The translations under genes and the position numbers were made by a program. A stretch of DNA of 64,000 nt from Mageeibacillus sp. UBA3781. GTDB taxonomy: Bacteria; Bacillota; Clostridia; Saccharofermentanales; Saccharofermentanaceae. Where the stretch lies: NCBI GenBank assembly GCA_002368805.1, contig DFFH01000130.1:10863-74862 (forward strand), read 5' to 3'. Below, one piece after another: positions 61,994-64,000 of this stretch (position 1 is the first letter of the stretch; the number at the start of each line of letters is the position of its first letter). The notes below the pieces were generated by a model. It saw only the letters and a program-made list of their open reading frames with translations. It was not told the DNA's origin and made no database searches.

Positions 61994-64000
61994 TACCATA
62001 CCTCATTTTCTGCTCTTCAGACATTTCCGAACCTTTCAGGATCCTGTATGCTTTATCCTTAAGTTCCTGTAATGTATAATGCCTGAAATATCCGATATGA
62101 AAGTCAACGGCTCCTGTGAAGCTGAATGCAAAGAAAGTATCTGTTGGTTTATGGTATCCCAAGGAATTCCATACTACAGCAACTTCCACCCAGGATTCCG
62201 TCTCGAGGAGATCTGTGATATTACCGGTTTGGATAAAGATCAGACCCTGTTCCTCATCGATCGTAAGAGTCGCTTCCTTGAAAGTGTTATAATACATTTC
62301 GACTTCCGTTTTTCCGATAAAATCGCCAGTTTCACCATCATACCGGTAGAAGGAACCATCATCAAACACAACAAGTATCTGCTCAGAAGACGTTCCTTCT
62401 TTATAGAAAGCGGCACCAACAGCTGCGCGGCCATTCGTCTGAAGATCCATTTCCTGATTCCAGTCAGAATCAAAGACCAAAACATGAGTCAGATCCGCAA
62501 TTATCCATCTGTTTCCCTCTTTATTATGCTCAACAACATTTGCTCCACTCCAATTGGATGAAAGACGTAATTGTTTTATATCATTACTCTCGACATTGAT
62601 TACAAAAACATCCTCCTTGTCGCTGACAACTATCTCCTTCAGTTCGGGATAATAAACGGGCACACTAATGCGTTCAGGATCATCTTTAGGGAAATCGAAT
62701 AATTTCGTCTCGCCGCTGCGAACATTGTAAAAACCGATGCGGTCAAGATTTTTTTCTTTATCGCGGTAGACATACGTCAGATAGTCGTTCGTCATTGAGA
62801 CGCAGAATTGATTTATATAGTACGGACTGGATATGTTATAAATTTCTTCACGGCTGCCATCTTTCAAAGAAATTCTATAGATGGAAATACCACTCTCTTG
62901 ATTGACTACAGATATATAAAGAACATCATCAGCAACTTGAAGGAGTTTAGCACTAGAAGATTTGGCCTCTTCAATTTTGATGTCAAGCAAGAGTGTTTTC
63001 TTGTCGGCATCATATGCTAATATTTCGGGGATTCCGTCAAATTGAGATAATACGACTAGATAATCATCGTCAAGAAGATACTGTTGCGGCTCTTGAACTA
63101 CAGTATCCGGATTCATATCCGTCCACTCATCATCCATTACATATGTATCATAAAAGATGACTTCAGAAGCATTTTTCTGTAGAACATATACTCCATTTCC
63201 AATCAAAGCCTTGTCTATTTTATTTACAAACTCAATTGTGTACGTCACCGTATTTGGACTCATAGAATCAACAGGTATACCAAGAGCTCCTGACTCAGTA
63301 ACAAATGTCGGTACACCATCACCATCATTATCACTTATATCTGCAATCAATTGCTGTACTTGATATGATCCGAGCACATCTCCGGTTTTAGTATCGTAGA
63401 TCTCAATCACATCACCGGTGCTATATGCGACCGCATTTCTTGCGGGGAGATTAAGGATTTCAGAATAAGATAGCGAAACATTGTATTTACAATCACGACT
63501 CCATCTCTCAGTCATAGAAGGAACGTCGATGCAAGTTACATCATCAGAATGTGGCTGAACGATTATTCTATCAGTGCGAAGAAGATTATTCGAAGAAAAT
63601 ACATCATATCCGACAACAATGACTGTTTCATTGTCCGCCCATTTCATGTTACGAAAAGAAGTTCCTTTAACAGGACACAATTTAATGGAACCATCAGAAA
63701 GATCGTATATTCCGACATTCGACGACAAATCGAGTTCAAAGAAGAGAGCAATTTTCGTGCCATCCGGTGAAACAGCATATCCTTCGCTCGAAAAGTATTT
63801 ATTGTCGATGTTAGATGGTATTTTATACGAATCTAAAAGTGTTCCATCTTCAGAAGAAATATGATATAGCTGGTCCCTATTCGTAAGAAGAAAAAACGAA
63901 TCATCAGATTCAACACGAAGCAATGCAAAATGGCCTTTAAAAGCTAGTCCATCCTCTAAAGGGAAACTCCATGCCAGATCCCCTGTAGATGGTCGATACA
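61986..64000 (-). CDS. beta-propeller-repeat protein (WD40/TolB-like), 5' end outside the window
   Basis: Repeated ~40-50-aa beta-strand units are present (for example YAVSPDGTKIALFF, VIVVGYDVF, GDVIEIYDTKTGDVLGSY). Hand translation shows the frame stays open from 63923 to position 64000 (YRPSTGDLAWSFPLEDGLAFKGHFALLRVES...). The TTG at 63923 in the track is therefore probably internal. Confidence 0.6.
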   Translation of the reverse strand, partial: YRPSTGDLAWSFPLEDGLAFKGHFALLRVESDDSFFLLTNRDQLYHISSEDGTLLDSYKIPSNIDNKYFSSEGYAVSPDGTKIALFFELDLSSNVGIYDLSDGSIKLCPVKGTSFRNMKWADNETVIVVGYDVFSSNNLLRTDRIIVQPHSDDVTCIDVPSMTERWSRDCKYNVSLSYSEILNLPARNAVAYSTGDVIEIYDTKTGDVLGSYQVQQLIADISDNDGDGVPTFVTESGALGIPVDSMSPNTVTYTIEFVNKIDKALIGNGVYVLQKNASEVIFYDTYVMDDEWTDMNPDTVVQEPQQYLLDDDYLVVLSQFDGIPEILAYDADKKTLLLDIKIEEAKSSSAKLLQVADDVLYISVVNQESGISIYRISLKDGSREEIYNISSPYYINQFCVSMTNDYLTYVYRDKEKNLDRIGFYNVRSGETKLFDFPKDDPERISVPVYYPELKEIVVSDKEDVFVINVESNDIKQLRLSSNWSGANVVEHNKEGNRWIIADLTHVLVFDSDWNQEMDLQTNGRAAVGAAFYKEGTSSEQILVVFDDGSFYRYDGETGDFIGKTEVEMYYNTFKEATLTIDEEQGLIFIQTGNITDLLETESWVEVAVVWNSLGYHKPTDTFFAFSFTGAVDFHIGYFRHYTLQELKDKAYRILKGSEMSEEQKMRYGIS

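Overview
This window looks like a core chromosomal segment of a Clostridia/Lachnospiraceae-like Firmicute. The basis is gene content: GlnRS present, an ispH-rpsA fusion, iorAB, and GGAGG ribosome-binding sites. Most genes are on the minus strand in tightly packed operons. I support about 48 protein genes. Translation and RNA modification: rpsB-tsf, trpS, ileS, gltX, glnS, three pseudouridine synthases and an rRNA methyltransferase. Chromosome and cell division: scpA, scpB, sepF, yggS. Nucleotide and isoprenoid metabolism: cmk and the ispH-S1 fusion. Cell wall: an NlpC/P60 hydrolase, an amidase_3-like protein, glf and nagA. Also present are a diadenylate cyclase, an OmpR/HK two-component pair, cytoplasmic GH2 and GH3 enzymes, and ilvE. 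A long operon runs from a Na+/solute symporter through iorAB, an ACT protein and ynbB to yggS. Several lipoproteins are encoded. The two RNA genes are tmRNA (ssrA, 30131..30509, +) and tRNA-Leu(GAG) (60279..60361, -). I found no CRISPR array, transposase, integrase, prophage or recognisable defence module, so I cannot point to a clear novel system. The findings most worth a second look: (1) cdaA fused in-frame to a minimal CdaR/YbbR module, sitting behind nagA and a Crp/Fnr regulator. (2) A four-gene cluster with a dehydroquinate-synthase-like protein and an M28-like lipoprotein whose metal ligands both appear substituted, plus a similarly degenerate amidase_3 elsewhere. (3) A ~145-nt three-tier nested inverted repeat upstream of the symporter-iorAB operon. 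(4) A protein combining an EF-Tu domain-II-like barrel with SseB modules, convergent on ssrA. (5) A translationally coupled HutP-like/RpiR regulator pair inside a housekeeping operon. The many long shadow ORFs in the track all sit in the codon-aligned antisense frame of real genes, and I reject them as genes.
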